A stretch of 64,000 nucleotides of DNA from Laetmonice hystrix (lineage: Eukaryota). The DNA is taken from contig OZ249436.1 in assembly GCA_965235115.1 (NCBI GenBank), positions 40,486,001 through 40,550,000 of the forward strand, read 5' to 3'. This document shows positions 12,581 to 23,535 of the stretch, piece after piece. The translations under genes were made by a program, and so were the position numbers. Each line of letters starts with the position of its first letter. Within the stretch, counting starts at the first letter, position 1. Below the pieces are notes generated by a model, which was given only the letters and a program-made list of their open reading frames with translations, had not been told where the DNA came from and searched no databases.

Positions 12581-13513
12581 CTATTCTCTGCAGATCCCGT
12601 CAAACTGCACCAGTCCTTCAACTTTGCAACTCGGCCGCGGGCGCGTGAAGTCGTGCAACGCAGAGATGTTGGGACGTCTCTTGGTTGGGGGTTCGCAATC
12701 GTCTGTGGCCTCGTCAGAATGCACTGTTCGTTGACAAGTCTCTGGCCTGTTTGTTTTCCCTTTTCTCTTCTCTCTCATGGAGCGTTCCCTTGACATCCAG
12801 TTACGCACCCACTGAGAAGTTCGGCCCAGCTCCTTTGCAAGTCGGTCTGCCTCGTCGGACGTAGGGTACGGATAGTCGACGTTTTCCCGGAACCACTTGC
12901 GCAGCACTGAGGAAGTTGGCGTCTCCGCTGTGGTCTGGGTCCGTCGCACTGGACGGAGTCGCTTGGGCCTGGCTGTCTTCCTACAGCAGATCCTGGTAGG
13001 TGGCGCTACTGGACAGGAAGGCGGCATGGGTACGGGATAAGTCAGAGATACGGCCGACTTGTAACGGACAAAACTGCCGATGGCATGATCAAGTAGCACG
13101 TGTCTCTCGTTGTCATAGAAGTGGTGGATGGTCGGCTGGAATCTCAGGTTGTCAGCGTGTCCGTACTCGGCTTGAAGGCGCAGCAGCGTCTCGAGGGTCC
13201 TTGTCTCTTGTAAGTAGCACTCAACCAGCGTCTTCAACCATCTGGAGTTGTCTGTCTTCTGGAAACTGTCGACTTGGTGGAGGAACCCAACGTGCCGATG
13301 ATGTAAACTTGTACATCCTTGGTACTGCCTCTGGCATCGGCCCGCCCACAGGGACGTAGAGGGCGTCTTACTGGAGGGCTTCCAGGTACCGGCCTCCAGG
13401 CTGCTCCACTCTGGGTCGTCTGGAGACATGGGAGCGATGACAATCGGGGCGACCTCGACCAGGCTGGTGTCGACCGCCGGCCGACTTGTTACATTCCCAG
13501 GTCGGTAATCCAT
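12581..13513 (-). CDS. Divergent TALE-class homeodomain protein, 310 aa
   Basis: LRKWFRENVDYPYPT...LAKELGRTSQWVRNWMSRER aligns without gaps to TALE helices 1-3 with the PYP loop; Kozak ACCATGG. Confidence 0.85.
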   Translation of the reverse strand: MDYRPGNVTSRPAVDTSLVEVAPIVIAPMSPDDPEWSSLEAGTWKPSSKTPSTSLWAGRCQRQYQGCTSLHHRHVGFLHQVDSFQKTDNSRWLKTLVECYLQETRTLETLLRLQAEYGHADNLRFQPTIHHFYDNERHVLLDHAIGSFVRYKSAVSLTYPVPMPPSCPVAPPTRICCRKTARPKRLRPVRRTQTTAETPTSSVLRKWFRENVDYPYPTSDEADRLAKELGRTSQWVRNWMSRERSMREKRKGKTNRPETCQRTVHSDEATDDCEPPTKRRPNISALHDFTRPRPSCKVEGLVQFDGICRE

Positions 13514-14266
13514 GGTGTGGCAGCTGTGGTAAGTTGAAGGTAGCTTTGATGTTGATGTGACTGCAGCGATACCTTGGGCGGATCTGTGCTTGAGTCACTG
13601 AAACAGGATGCCTATATAGGCGTCTTCATCTTAAGGTGCGATTCAAGGTGAGACCAAAACCATCAAGCCTTCGTCTCGCATTTCTTTGAAGGGCAGTTCG
13701 ATTGACAACTTCAAGTAACACAACCTCTGGGATGAAAGAAAAAGGTGTTAGTTATAGATAAAGTGTTTGTAACACATTTGAACGTAGGTGACGAAAGGCC
13801 AGGATTCATCTTATGACTTCAAAGATTCACACCTTGATTTTGTATGACTCATAGTTGAGCTTCAAAGGTTCACACATGAGCCGGGATGGTCCATGGTGTA
13901 GCAGCTGTGGTAAGTTGATGGTAGCTTTGATGGTAATGTGACTGCAGCGATACATTGGGCGGATCTGTGCTTGAGCCACTAACCAGGGTGCCTACATAGG
14001 CATCTTCATCTTAAGGTGCGATTGAAGGTGAGACCAAAACCATCAAGCCTTCGTCTCGCATTTCTTTGAAGGGCAGTCCGATTGACAACTTGAAGTAACA
14101 CAACTTCTGGGATAAAAGAAAAAGGTGTTGGTTGGATAAAGTGTTTGTAACACATTTGGACCTAACTGACGAAGGGGCAGGACCCGTCTTATGACTTCAA
14201 AGATTCACACCTTGATTTTGTATGACTCACAGTTGAGCTTCACAGGTTCAGACATGGGCCGGGATG
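13510..14266. repeat. Internal ~380-bp tandem duplication of the homeobox start/promoter region (representative; in all long units, absent from short units)
   Basis: Block A 13510-13888 and block B 13891-14266 both begin CCATGGTGT(G/A)GCAGCTGTGGTAAG and end GCCGGGATG. Confidence 0.92.
13613..13618 (-). promoter_or_regulatory. Candidate TATA box (CCTATATAGG) about 100 bp upstream of the homeobox ATG (representative)
   Basis: Motif and position only; altered to TACATA in duplicated block B. Confidence 0.4.
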
Positions 14267-14430
14267 ACTTGAGTCTCTATCACCTCTATCATACATTAAA
14301 GCATAAATTGAGTATTGCCCCTAAACACGTCGTCTTTTAATAATATTGGTCATTGCAGTGTTTCCCTTCTTCCGTCCAGTTTTTATTTTATTTTTTGAAA
14401 CATGGGAAGGGGGAAACTGAAACGTGGACA

Positions 14431-14512
14431 GACGAGGTGGCCGAGTGGTTAAGGCGATGGACTGCTAATCCATTGGGCTCTGCCCGCGTGGGTTCGAATG
14501 CCATCCTCGTCG
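14431..14512 (+). tRNA. trnS: tRNA-Ser(GCT), B-box variant C61G
   Basis: GGTTCGAATGCC instead of GGTTCGAATCCC. Confidence 0.8.
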
Positions 14513-15086
14513 AACTTTTTTGGGGGAAGAATTTGTCTCCTTATATAGCTATTTCCCTATTGGATTCAGGCACAAGATAGCAGTAATGGAGCCTGCCCTC
14601 TATTGGCAGAATACTGAAACGCCAGTTTGAAGAGGTGTCGGCCTTGGTGTTTTATATTCAACGTGGCCTCCAGGCTTAAAACTTAAGACGTCGTAGTACG
14701 AAACGACGAGTAATCAATAGATTCTTTACATTTCCCCTCCCCCAACAGGAATGGTATATTTATGCACAAAAGGGTCTTTTAAATCCGTTTTAATGGCGTT
14801 GCCGGATGAGGTGAGAGACGATCGGTAGCAGAAATGTAATTTCCTGGTAGTCTCTGCGTTTAGCATCTCTAGACCAGGAAGATTGGGGAATTTTGAAACC
14901 ATGATGAAAGAGCAACAAACATATCGAAAATAGAATTAATCAGTTTATTTGCATGATATTTACACATTCTATGTAGTACAAGGGACGAAGATCATGTTTT
15001 CCTTGACCGTTCGTATAATCTCAGCAACATATAGCACCAAAGTGTTCACAAGAAATAATTGTGTTCGCTTCAAAATTCAGTAACAA

Positions 15087-16019
15087 CTATTCTCTGCAGA
15101 TCCCGTCAAACTGCACCAGTCCTTCAACTTTGCAACTCGGCCGCGGGCGCGTGAAGTCGTGCAACGCAGAGATGTTGGGACGTCTCTTGGTTGGGGGTTC
15201 GCAATCGTCTGTGGCCTCGTCAGAATGCACTGTTCGTTGACAAGTCTCTGGCCTGTTTGTTTTCCCTTTTCTCTTCTCTCTCATGGAGCGTTCCCTTGAC
15301 ATCCAGTTACGCACCCACTGAGAAGTTCGGCCCAGCTCCTTTGCAAGTCGGTCTGCCTCGTCGGACGTAGGGTACGGATAGTCGACGTTTTCCCGGAACC
15401 ACTTGCGCAGCACTGAGGAAGTTGGCGTCTCCGCTGTGGTCTGGGTCCGTCGCACTGGACGGAGTCGCTTGGGCCTGGCTGTCTTCCTACAGCAGATCCT
15501 GGTAGGTGGCGCTACTGGACAGGAAGGCGGCATGGGTACGGGATAAGTCAGAGATACGGCCGACTTGTAACGGACAAAACTGCCGATGGCATGATCAAGT
15601 AGCACGTGTCTCTCGTTGTCATAGAAGTGGTGGATGGTCGGCTGGAATCTCAGGTTGTCAGCGTGTCCGTACTCGGCTTGAAGGCGCAGCAGCGTCTCGA
15701 GGGTCCTTGTCTCTTGTAAGTAGCACTCAACCAGCGTCTTCAACCATCTGGAGTTGTCTGTCTTCTGGAAACTGTCGACTTGGTGGAGGAACCCAACGTG
15801 CCGATGATGTAAACTTGTACATCCTTGGTACTGCCTCTGGCATCGGCCCGCCCACAGGGACGTAGAGGGCGTCTTACTGGAGGGCTTCCAGGTACCGGCC
15901 TCCAGGCTGCTCCACTCTGGGTCGTCTGGAGACATGGGAGCGATGACAATCGGGGCGACCTCGACCAGGCTGGTGTCGACCGCCGGCCGACTTGTTACAT
16001 TCCCAGGTCGGTAATCCAT
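15087..16019 (-). CDS. Divergent TALE homeodomain protein, 310 aa
   Basis: Intact ORF, same protein as 12581..13513. Confidence 0.85.
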   Translation of the reverse strand: MDYRPGNVTSRPAVDTSLVEVAPIVIAPMSPDDPEWSSLEAGTWKPSSKTPSTSLWAGRCQRQYQGCTSLHHRHVGFLHQVDSFQKTDNSRWLKTLVECYLQETRTLETLLRLQAEYGHADNLRFQPTIHHFYDNERHVLLDHAIGSFVRYKSAVSLTYPVPMPPSCPVAPPTRICCRKTARPKRLRPVRRTQTTAETPTSSVLRKWFRENVDYPYPTSDEADRLAKELGRTSQWVRNWMSRERSMREKRKGKTNRPETCQRTVHSDEATDDCEPPTKRRPNISALHDFTRPRPSCKVEGLVQFDGICRE

Positions 16020-16936
16020 GGTGTGGCAGCTGTGGTAAGTTGATGGTAGCTTTGATGTTGATGTGACTGCAGCGATACCTTGGGCGGATCTGTGCTTGAG
16101 TCACTGAAACAGGATGCCTATATAGGCGTCTTCATCTTAAGGTGCGATTCAAGGTGAGACCAAAACCATCAAGCCTTCGTCTCGCATTTCTTTGAAGGGC
16201 AGTTCGATTGACAACTTCAAGTAACACAACCTCTGGGATGAAAGAAAAAGGTGTTAGTTATAGATAAAGTGTTTGTAACACATTTGAACGTAGGTGACGA
16301 AAGGCCAGGATTCATCTTATGACTTCAAAGATTCACACCTTGATTTTGTATGACTCATAGTTGAGCTTCAAAGGTTCACACATGAGCCGGGATGGTCCAT
16401 GGTGTAGCAGCTGTGGTAAGTTGATGGTAGCTTTGATGGTAATGTGACTGCAGCGATACATTGGGCGGATCTGTGCTTGAGCCACTAACCAGGGTGCCTA
16501 CATAGGCGTCTTCATCTTAAGGTGCGATTGAAGGTGAGACCAAAACCATCAAGCCTTCGTCTCGCATTTCTTTGAAGGGCAGTCCGATTGACAACTTGAA
16601 GTAACACAACTTCTGGGATAAAAGAAAAAGGTGTTGGTTGGATAAAGTGTTTGTAACACATTTGGACCTAACTGACGAAGGGGCAGGACCCGTCTTATGA
16701 CTTCAAAGATTCACACCTTGATTTTGTATGACTCACAGTTGAGCTTCACAGGTTCAGACATGGGCCGGGATGACTTGAGTCTCTATCACCTCTATCATAC
16801 ATTAAAGCATAAATTGAGTATTGCCCCTAAACACGTCGTCTTTTAATAATATTGGTCATTGCAGTGTTTCCCTTCTTCCGTCCAGTTTTTATTTTATTTT
16901 TTGAAAGATGGGAAGGGGGAAACTGAAACGTGGACA

Positions 16937-17018
16937 GACGAGGTGGCCGAGTGGTTAAGGCGATGGACTGCTAATCCATTGGGCTCTGCCCGCGTGGGTT
17001 CGAATCCCATCCTCGTCG
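16937..17018 (+). tRNA. trnS: tRNA-Ser(GCT)
   Basis: Canonical sequence followed by T6. Confidence 0.95.
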
Positions 17019-17592
17019 AACTTTTTTGGGGGAAGAATTTGTCTCCTTATATAGCTAATTCCCTATTGGATTCAGGCACAAGATAGCAGTGATGGAGCCT
17101 GCCCTCTATTGGCAGAATACTGAAACGCCAGTTTGAAGAGGTGTCGGCCTTGGTGTTTTATATTCAACGTGGCCTCCAGGCTTAAAACTTAAGACGTCGT
17201 AGTAGGAAACGACGAGTAATCAATAGATTCTTTACATTTCCCCTCCCCCAACAGGAATGGTATATTTATGCACAAAAGGGTCTTTTAAATCCGTTTTAAT
17301 GGCGTTGCCGGATGAGGTGAGAGACGATCGGTAGCAGAAATGTAATTTCCTGGTAGTCTCTGCGTTTAGCATCTCTAGACCAGGAAGATTGGGGAATTTT
17401 GAAACCATGATGAAAGAGCAACAAACATATCGAAAATAGAATTAATCAGTTTATTTGCATGATATTTACACATTCTATGTAGTACAAGGGACGAAGATCA
17501 TGTTTTCCTTGACCGTTCGTATAATCTCAGCAACATATAGCACCAAAGTGTTCACAAGAAATAATTGTGTTCGCTTCACAATTCAGTAACAA

Positions 17593-18525
17593 CTATTCTC
17601 TGCAGATCCCGTCAAACTGCACCAGTCCTTCAACTTTGCAACTCGGCCGCGGGCGCGTGAAGTCGTGCAACGCAGAGATGTTGGGACGTCTCTTGGTTGG
17701 GGGTTCGCAATCGTCTGTGGCCTCGTCAGAATGCACTGTTCGTTGACAAGTCTCTGGCCTGTTTGTTTTCCCTTTTCTCTTCTCTCTCATGGAGCGTTCC
17801 CTTGACATCCAGTTACGCACCCACTGAGAAGTTCGGCCCAGCTCCTTTGCAAGTCGGTCTGCCTCGTCGGACGTAGGGTACGGATAGTCGACGTTTTCCC
17901 GGAACCACTTGCGCAGCACTGAGGAAGTTGGCGTCTCCGCTGTGGTCTGGGTCCGTCGCACTGGACGGAGTCGCTTGGGCCTGGCTGTCTTCCTACAGCA
18001 GATCCTGGTAGGTGGCGCTACTGGACAGGAAGGCGGCATGGGTACGGGATAAGTCAGAGATACGGCCGACTTGTAACGGACAAAACTGCCGATGGCATGA
18101 TCAAGTAGCACGTGTCTCTCGTTGTCATAGAAGTGGTGGATGGTCGGCTGGAATCTCAGGTTGTCAGCGTGTCCGTACTCGGCTTGAAGGCGCAGCAGCG
18201 TCTCGAGGGTCCTTGTCTCTTGTAAGTAGCACTCAACCAGCGTCTTCAACCATCTGGAGTTGTCTGTCTTCTGGAAACTGTCGACTTGGTGGAGGAACCC
18301 AACGTGCCGATGATGTAAACTTGTACATCCTTGGTACTGCCTCTGGCATCGGCCCGCCCACAGGGACGTAGAGGGCGTCTTACTGGAGGGCTTCCAGGTA
18401 CCGGCCTCCAGGCTGCTCCACTCTGGGTCGTCTGGAGACATGGGAGCGATGACAATCGGGGCGACCTCGACCAGGCTGGTGTCGACCGCCGGCCGACTTG
18501 TTACATTCCCAGGTCGGTAATCCAT
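17593..18525 (-). CDS. Divergent TALE homeodomain protein, 310 aa
   Basis: Intact ORF. Confidence 0.85.
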   Translation of the reverse strand: MDYRPGNVTSRPAVDTSLVEVAPIVIAPMSPDDPEWSSLEAGTWKPSSKTPSTSLWAGRCQRQYQGCTSLHHRHVGFLHQVDSFQKTDNSRWLKTLVECYLQETRTLETLLRLQAEYGHADNLRFQPTIHHFYDNERHVLLDHAIGSFVRYKSAVSLTYPVPMPPSCPVAPPTRICCRKTARPKRLRPVRRTQTTAETPTSSVLRKWFRENVDYPYPTSDEADRLAKELGRTSQWVRNWMSRERSMREKRKGKTNRPETCQRTVHSDEATDDCEPPTKRRPNISALHDFTRPRPSCKVEGLVQFDGICRE

Positions 18526-19442
18526 GGTGTGGCAGCTGTGGTAAGTTGAAGGTAGCTTTGATGTTGATGTGACTGCAGCGATACCTTGGGCGGATCTGTG
18601 CTTGAGTCACTGAAACAGGATGCCTATATAGGCGTCTTCATCTTAAGGTGCGATTCAAGGTGAGACCAAAACCATCAAGCCTTCGTCTCGCATTTCTTTG
18701 AAGGGCAGTTCGATTGACAACTTCAAGTAACACAACCTCTGGGATGAAAGAAAAAGGTGTTAGTTATAGATAAAGTGTTTGTAACACATTTGAACGTAGG
18801 TGACGAAAGGCCAGGATTCATCTTATGACTTCAAAGATTCACACCTTGATTTTGTATGACTCATAGTTGAGCTTCAAAGGTTCACACATGAGCCGGGATG
18901 GTCCATGGTGTAGCAGCTGTGGTAAGTTGATGGTAGCTTTGATGGTAATGTGACTGCAGCGATACATTGGGCGGATCTGTGCTTGAGCCACTAACCAGGG
19001 TGCCTACATAGGCGTCTTCATCTTAAGGTGCGATTGAAGGTGAGACCAAAACCATCAAGCCTTCGTCTCGCATTTCTTTGAAGGGCAGTCCGATTGACAA
19101 CTTGAAGTAACACAACTTCTGGGATAAAAGAAAAAGGTGTTGGTTGGATAAAGTGTTTGTAACACATTTGGACCTAACTGACGAAGGGGCAGGACCCGTC
19201 TTATGACTTCAAAGATTCACACCTTGATTTTGTATGACTCACAGTTGAGCTTCACAGGTTCAGACATGGGCCGGGATGACTTGAGTCTCTATCACCTCTA
19301 TCATACATTAAAGCATAAATTGAGTATTGCCCCTAAACACGTCGTCTTTTAATAATATTGGTCATTGCAGTGTTTCCCTTCTTCCGTCCAGTTTTTATTT
19401 TATTTTTTGAAACATGGGAAGGGGGAAACTGAAACGTGGACA

Positions 19443-19524
19443 GACGAGGTGGCCGAGTGGTTAAGGCGATGGACTGCTAATCCATTGGGCTCTGCCCGCG
19501 TGGGTTCGAATCCCATCCTCGTCG
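19443..19524 (+). tRNA. trnS: tRNA-Ser(GCT)
   Basis: Canonical sequence followed by T6. Confidence 0.95.
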
Positions 19525-20099
19525 AACTTTTTTGGGGGAAGAATTTGTCTCCTTATATAGCTATTTCCCTATTGGATTCAGGCACAAGATAGCAGTGATG
19601 GAGCCTGCCCTCTATTGGCAGAATACTGAAACGCCAGTTTGAAGAGGTGTCGGCCTTGGTGTTTTATACTCAACGTGGCCTCCAGGCTTAAAACTTAAGA
19701 CGTCGTAGTACGAAACGACGAGTAATCAATAGATTCTTTACATTTCCCCTCCCCCAACAGGAATGGTATATTTATGCACAAAAGGGTCTTTTAAATCCGT
19801 TTTAATGGCGTTGCCGGATGAGGTGAGAGACGATCGGTAGCAGAAATGTAATTTCCTGGTAGTCTCTGCGTTTAGCATCTACTAGACCAGGAAGATTGGG
19901 GAATTTTGAAACCATGATGAAAGAGCAACAAACATATCGAAAATAGAATTAATCAGTTTATTTGCATGATATTTACACATTCTATGTAGTACAAGGGACG
20001 AAGATCATGTTTTCCTTGACCGTTCGTATAATCTCAGCAACATATAGCACCAAAGTGTTCACAAGAAATAATTGTGTTCGCTTCAAAATTCAGTAACAA

Positions 20100-21029
20100 C
20101 TATTCTCTGCAGATCCCGTCAAACTGCACCAGTCCTTCAACTTTGCAACTCGGCCGCGGGCGCGTGAAGTCGTGCAACGCAGAGATGTTGGGACGTCTCT
20201 TGGTTGGGGGTTCGCAATCGTCTGTGGCCTCGTCAGAATGCACTGTTCGTTGACAAGTCTCTGGCCTGTCTGTTTTCCCTTTTCTCTTCTCTCTCATGGA
20301 GCGTTCCCTTGACATCCAGTTACGCACCCACTGAGAAGTTCGGCCCAGCTCCTTTGCAAGTCGGTCTGCCTCGTCGGACGTAGGGTACGGATAGTCGACG
20401 TTTTCCCGGAACCACTTGCGCAGCACTGAGGAAGTTGGCGTCTCCGCTGTGGTCTGGGTCCGTCGCACTGGACGGAGTCGCTTGGGCCTGGCTGTCTTCC
20501 TACAGCAGATCCTGGTAGGTGGCGCTACTGGACAGGAAGGCGGCATGGGTACGGGATAAGTCAGAGATACGGCCGACTTGTAACGGACAAAACTGCCGAT
20601 GGCATGATCAAGTAGCACGTGTTTCTCGTTGTCATAGAAGTGGTGGATGGTCGGCTGGAATCTCAGGTTGTCAGCGTGTCCGTACTCGGCTTGAAGGCGC
20701 AGCGTCTCGAGGGTCCTTGTCTCTTGTAAGTAGCACTCAACCAGCGTCTTCAACCATCTGGAGTTGTCTGTCTTCTGGAAACTGTCGACTTGGTGGAGGA
20801 ACCCAACGTGCCGATGATGTAAACTTGTACATCCTTGGTACTGCCTCTGGCATCGGCCCGCCCACAGGGACGTAGAGGGCGTCTTACTGGAGGGCTTCCA
20901 GGTACCGGCCTCCAGGCTGCTCCACTCTGGGTCGTCTGGAGACATGGGAGCGATGACAATCGGGGCGACCTCGACCAGGCTGGTGTCGACCGCCGGCCGA
21001 CTTGTTACATTCCCAGGTCGGTAATCCAT
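20100..21029 (-). CDS. Divergent TALE homeodomain protein, 309 aa
   Basis: Intact ORF (NEK variant). Confidence 0.85.
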   Translation of the reverse strand: MDYRPGNVTSRPAVDTSLVEVAPIVIAPMSPDDPEWSSLEAGTWKPSSKTPSTSLWAGRCQRQYQGCTSLHHRHVGFLHQVDSFQKTDNSRWLKTLVECYLQETRTLETLRLQAEYGHADNLRFQPTIHHFYDNEKHVLLDHAIGSFVRYKSAVSLTYPVPMPPSCPVAPPTRICCRKTARPKRLRPVRRTQTTAETPTSSVLRKWFRENVDYPYPTSDEADRLAKELGRTSQWVRNWMSRERSMREKRKGKTDRPETCQRTVHSDEATDDCEPPTKRRPNISALHDFTRPRPSCKVEGLVQFDGICRE

Positions 21030-21946
21030 GGTGTGGCAGCTGTGGTAAGTTGAAGGTAGCTTTGATGTTGATGTGACTGCAGCGATACCTTGGGCGGATC
21101 TGTGCTTGAGTCACTGAAACAGGATGCCTATATAGGCGTCTTCATCTTAAGGTGCGATTCAAGGTGAGACCAAAACCATCAAGCCTTCGTCTCGCATTTC
21201 TTTGAAGGGCAGTTCGATTGACAACTTCAAGTAACACAACCTCTGGGATGAAAGAAAAAGGTGTTAGTTATAGATAAAGTGTTTGTAACACATTTGAACG
21301 TAGGTGACGAAAGGCCAGGATTCATCTTATGACTTCAAAGATTCACACCTTGATTTTGTATGACTCATAGTTGAGCTTCAAAGGTTCACACATGAGCCGG
21401 GATGGTCCATGGTGTAGCAGCTGTGGTAAGTTGATGGTAGCTTTGATGGTAATGTGACTGCAGCGATACATTGGGCGGATCTGTGCTTGAGCCACTAACC
21501 AGGGTGCCTACATAGGCATCTTCATCTTAAGGTGCGATTGAAGGTGAGACCAAAACCATCAAGCCTTCGTCTCGCATTTCTTTGAAGGGCAGTCCGATTG
21601 ACAACTTGAAGTAACACAACTTCTGGGATAAAAGAAAAAGGTGTTGGTTGGATAAAGTGTTTGTAACACATTTGGACCTAACTGACGAAGGGGCAGGACC
21701 CGTCTTATGACTTCAAAGATTCACACCTTGATTTTGTATGACTCACAGTTGAGCTTCACAGGTTCAGACATGGGCCGGGATGACTTGAGTCTCTATCACC
21801 TCTATCATACATTAAAGCATAAATTGAGTATTGCCCCTAAACACGTCGTCTTTTAATAATATTGGTCATTGCAGTGTTTCCCTTCTTCCGTCCAGTTTTT
21901 ATTTTATTTTTTGAAACATGGGAAGGGGGAAACTGAAACGTGGACA

Positions 21947-22028
21947 GACGAGGTGGCCGAGTGGTTAAGGCGATGGACTGCTAATCCATTGGGCTCTGCC
22001 CGCGTGGGTTCGAATGCCATCCTCGTCG
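21947..22028 (+). tRNA. trnS: tRNA-Ser(GCT), B-box variant C61G
   Basis: GGTTCGAATGCC. Confidence 0.8.
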
Positions 22029-22602
22029 AACTTTTTTGGGGGAAGAATTTGTCTCCTTATATAGCTATTTCCCTATTGGATTCAGGCACAAGATAGCAGT
22101 AATGGAGCCTGCCCTCTATTGGCAGAATACTGAAACGCCAGTTTGAAGAGGTGTCGGCCTTGGTGTTTTATATTCAACGTGGCCTCCAGGCTTAAAACTT
22201 AAGACGTCGTAGTACGAAACGACGAGTAATCAATAGATTCTTTACATTTCCCCTCCCCCAACAGGAATGGTATATTTATGCACAAAAGGGTCTTTTAAAT
22301 CCGTTTTAATGGCGTTGCCGGATGAGGTGAGAGACGATCGGTAGCAGAAATGTAATTTCCTGGTAGTCTCTGCGTTTAGCATCTCTAGACCAGGAAGATT
22401 GGGGAATTTTGAAACCATGATGAAAGAGCAACAAACATATCGAAAATAGAATTAATCAGTTTATTTGCATGATATTTACACATTCTATGTAGTACAAGGG
22501 ACGAAGATCATGTTTTCCTTGACCGTTCGTATAATATCAGCAACATATAGCACCAAAGTGTTCACAAGAAATAATTGTGTTCGCTTCAAAATTCAGTAAC
22601 AA

Positions 22603-23535
22603 CTATTCTCTGCAGATCCCGTCAAACTGCACCAGTCCTTCAACTTTGCAACTCGGCCGCGGGCGCGTGAAGTCGTGCAACGCAGAGATGTTGGGACGTC
22701 TCTTGGTTGGGGGTTCGCAATCGTCTGTGGCCTCGTCAGAATGCACTGTTCGTTGACAAGTCTCTGGCCTGTTTGTTTTCCCTTTTCTCTTCTCTCTCAT
22801 GGAGCGTTCCCTTGACATCCAGTTACGCACCCACTGAGAAGTTCGGCCCAGCTCCTTTGCAAGTCGGTCTGCCTCGTCGGACGTAGGGTACGGATAGTCG
22901 ACGTTTTCCCGGAACCACTTGCGCAGCACTGAGGAAGTTGGCGTCTCCGCTGTGGTCTGGGTCCGTCGCACTGGACGGAGTCGCTTGGGCCTGGCTGTCT
23001 TCCTACAGCAGATCCTGGTAGGTGGCGCTACTGGACAGGAAGGCGGCATGGGTACGGGATAAGTCAGAGATACGGCCGACTTGTAACGGACAAAACTGCC
23101 GATGGCATGATCAAGTAGCACGTGTCTCTCGTTGTCATAGAAGTGGTGGATGGTCGGCTGGAATCTCAGGTTGTCAGCGTGTCCGTACTCGGCTTGAAGG
23201 CGCAGCAGCGTCTCGAGGGTCCTTGTCTCTTGTAAGTAGCACTCAACCAGCGTCTTCAACCATCTGGAGTTGTCTGTCTTCTGGAAACTGTCGACTTGGT
23301 GGAGGAACCCAACGTGCCGATGATGTAAACTTGTACATCCTTGGTACTGCCTCTGGCATCGGCCCGCCCACAGGGACGTAGAGGGCGTCTTACTGGAGGG
23401 CTTCCAGGTACCGGCCTCCAGGCTGCTCCACTCTGGGTCGTCTGGAGACATGGGAGCGATGACAATCGGGGCGACCTCGACCAGGCTGGTGTCGACCGCC
23501 GGCCGACTTGTTACATTCCCAGGTCGGTAATCCAT
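22603..23535 (-). CDS. Divergent TALE homeodomain protein, 310 aa
   Basis: Intact ORF. Confidence 0.85.
   Translation of the reverse strand: MDYRPGNVTSRPAVDTSLVEVAPIVIAPMSPDDPEWSSLEAGTWKPSSKTPSTSLWAGRCQRQYQGCTSLHHRHVGFLHQVDSFQKTDNSRWLKTLVECYLQETRTLETLLRLQAEYGHADNLRFQPTIHHFYDNERHVLLDHAIGSFVRYKSAVSLTYPVPMPPSCPVAPPTRICCRKTARPKRLRPVRRTQTTAETPTSSVLRKWFRENVDYPYPTSDEADRLAKELGRTSQWVRNWMSRERSMREKRKGKTNRPETCQRTVHSDEATDDCEPPTKRRPNISALHDFTRPRPSCKVEGLVQFDGICRE

Noticed and set aside
13000-13598. Recurrent 118/119, 69, 72 and 76-aa ORFs (and the 60, 85 and 100-aa equivalents in other units)
   Set aside because: Antisense or alternative-frame shadows of the homeobox ORF; they recur only because the units are near-identical.
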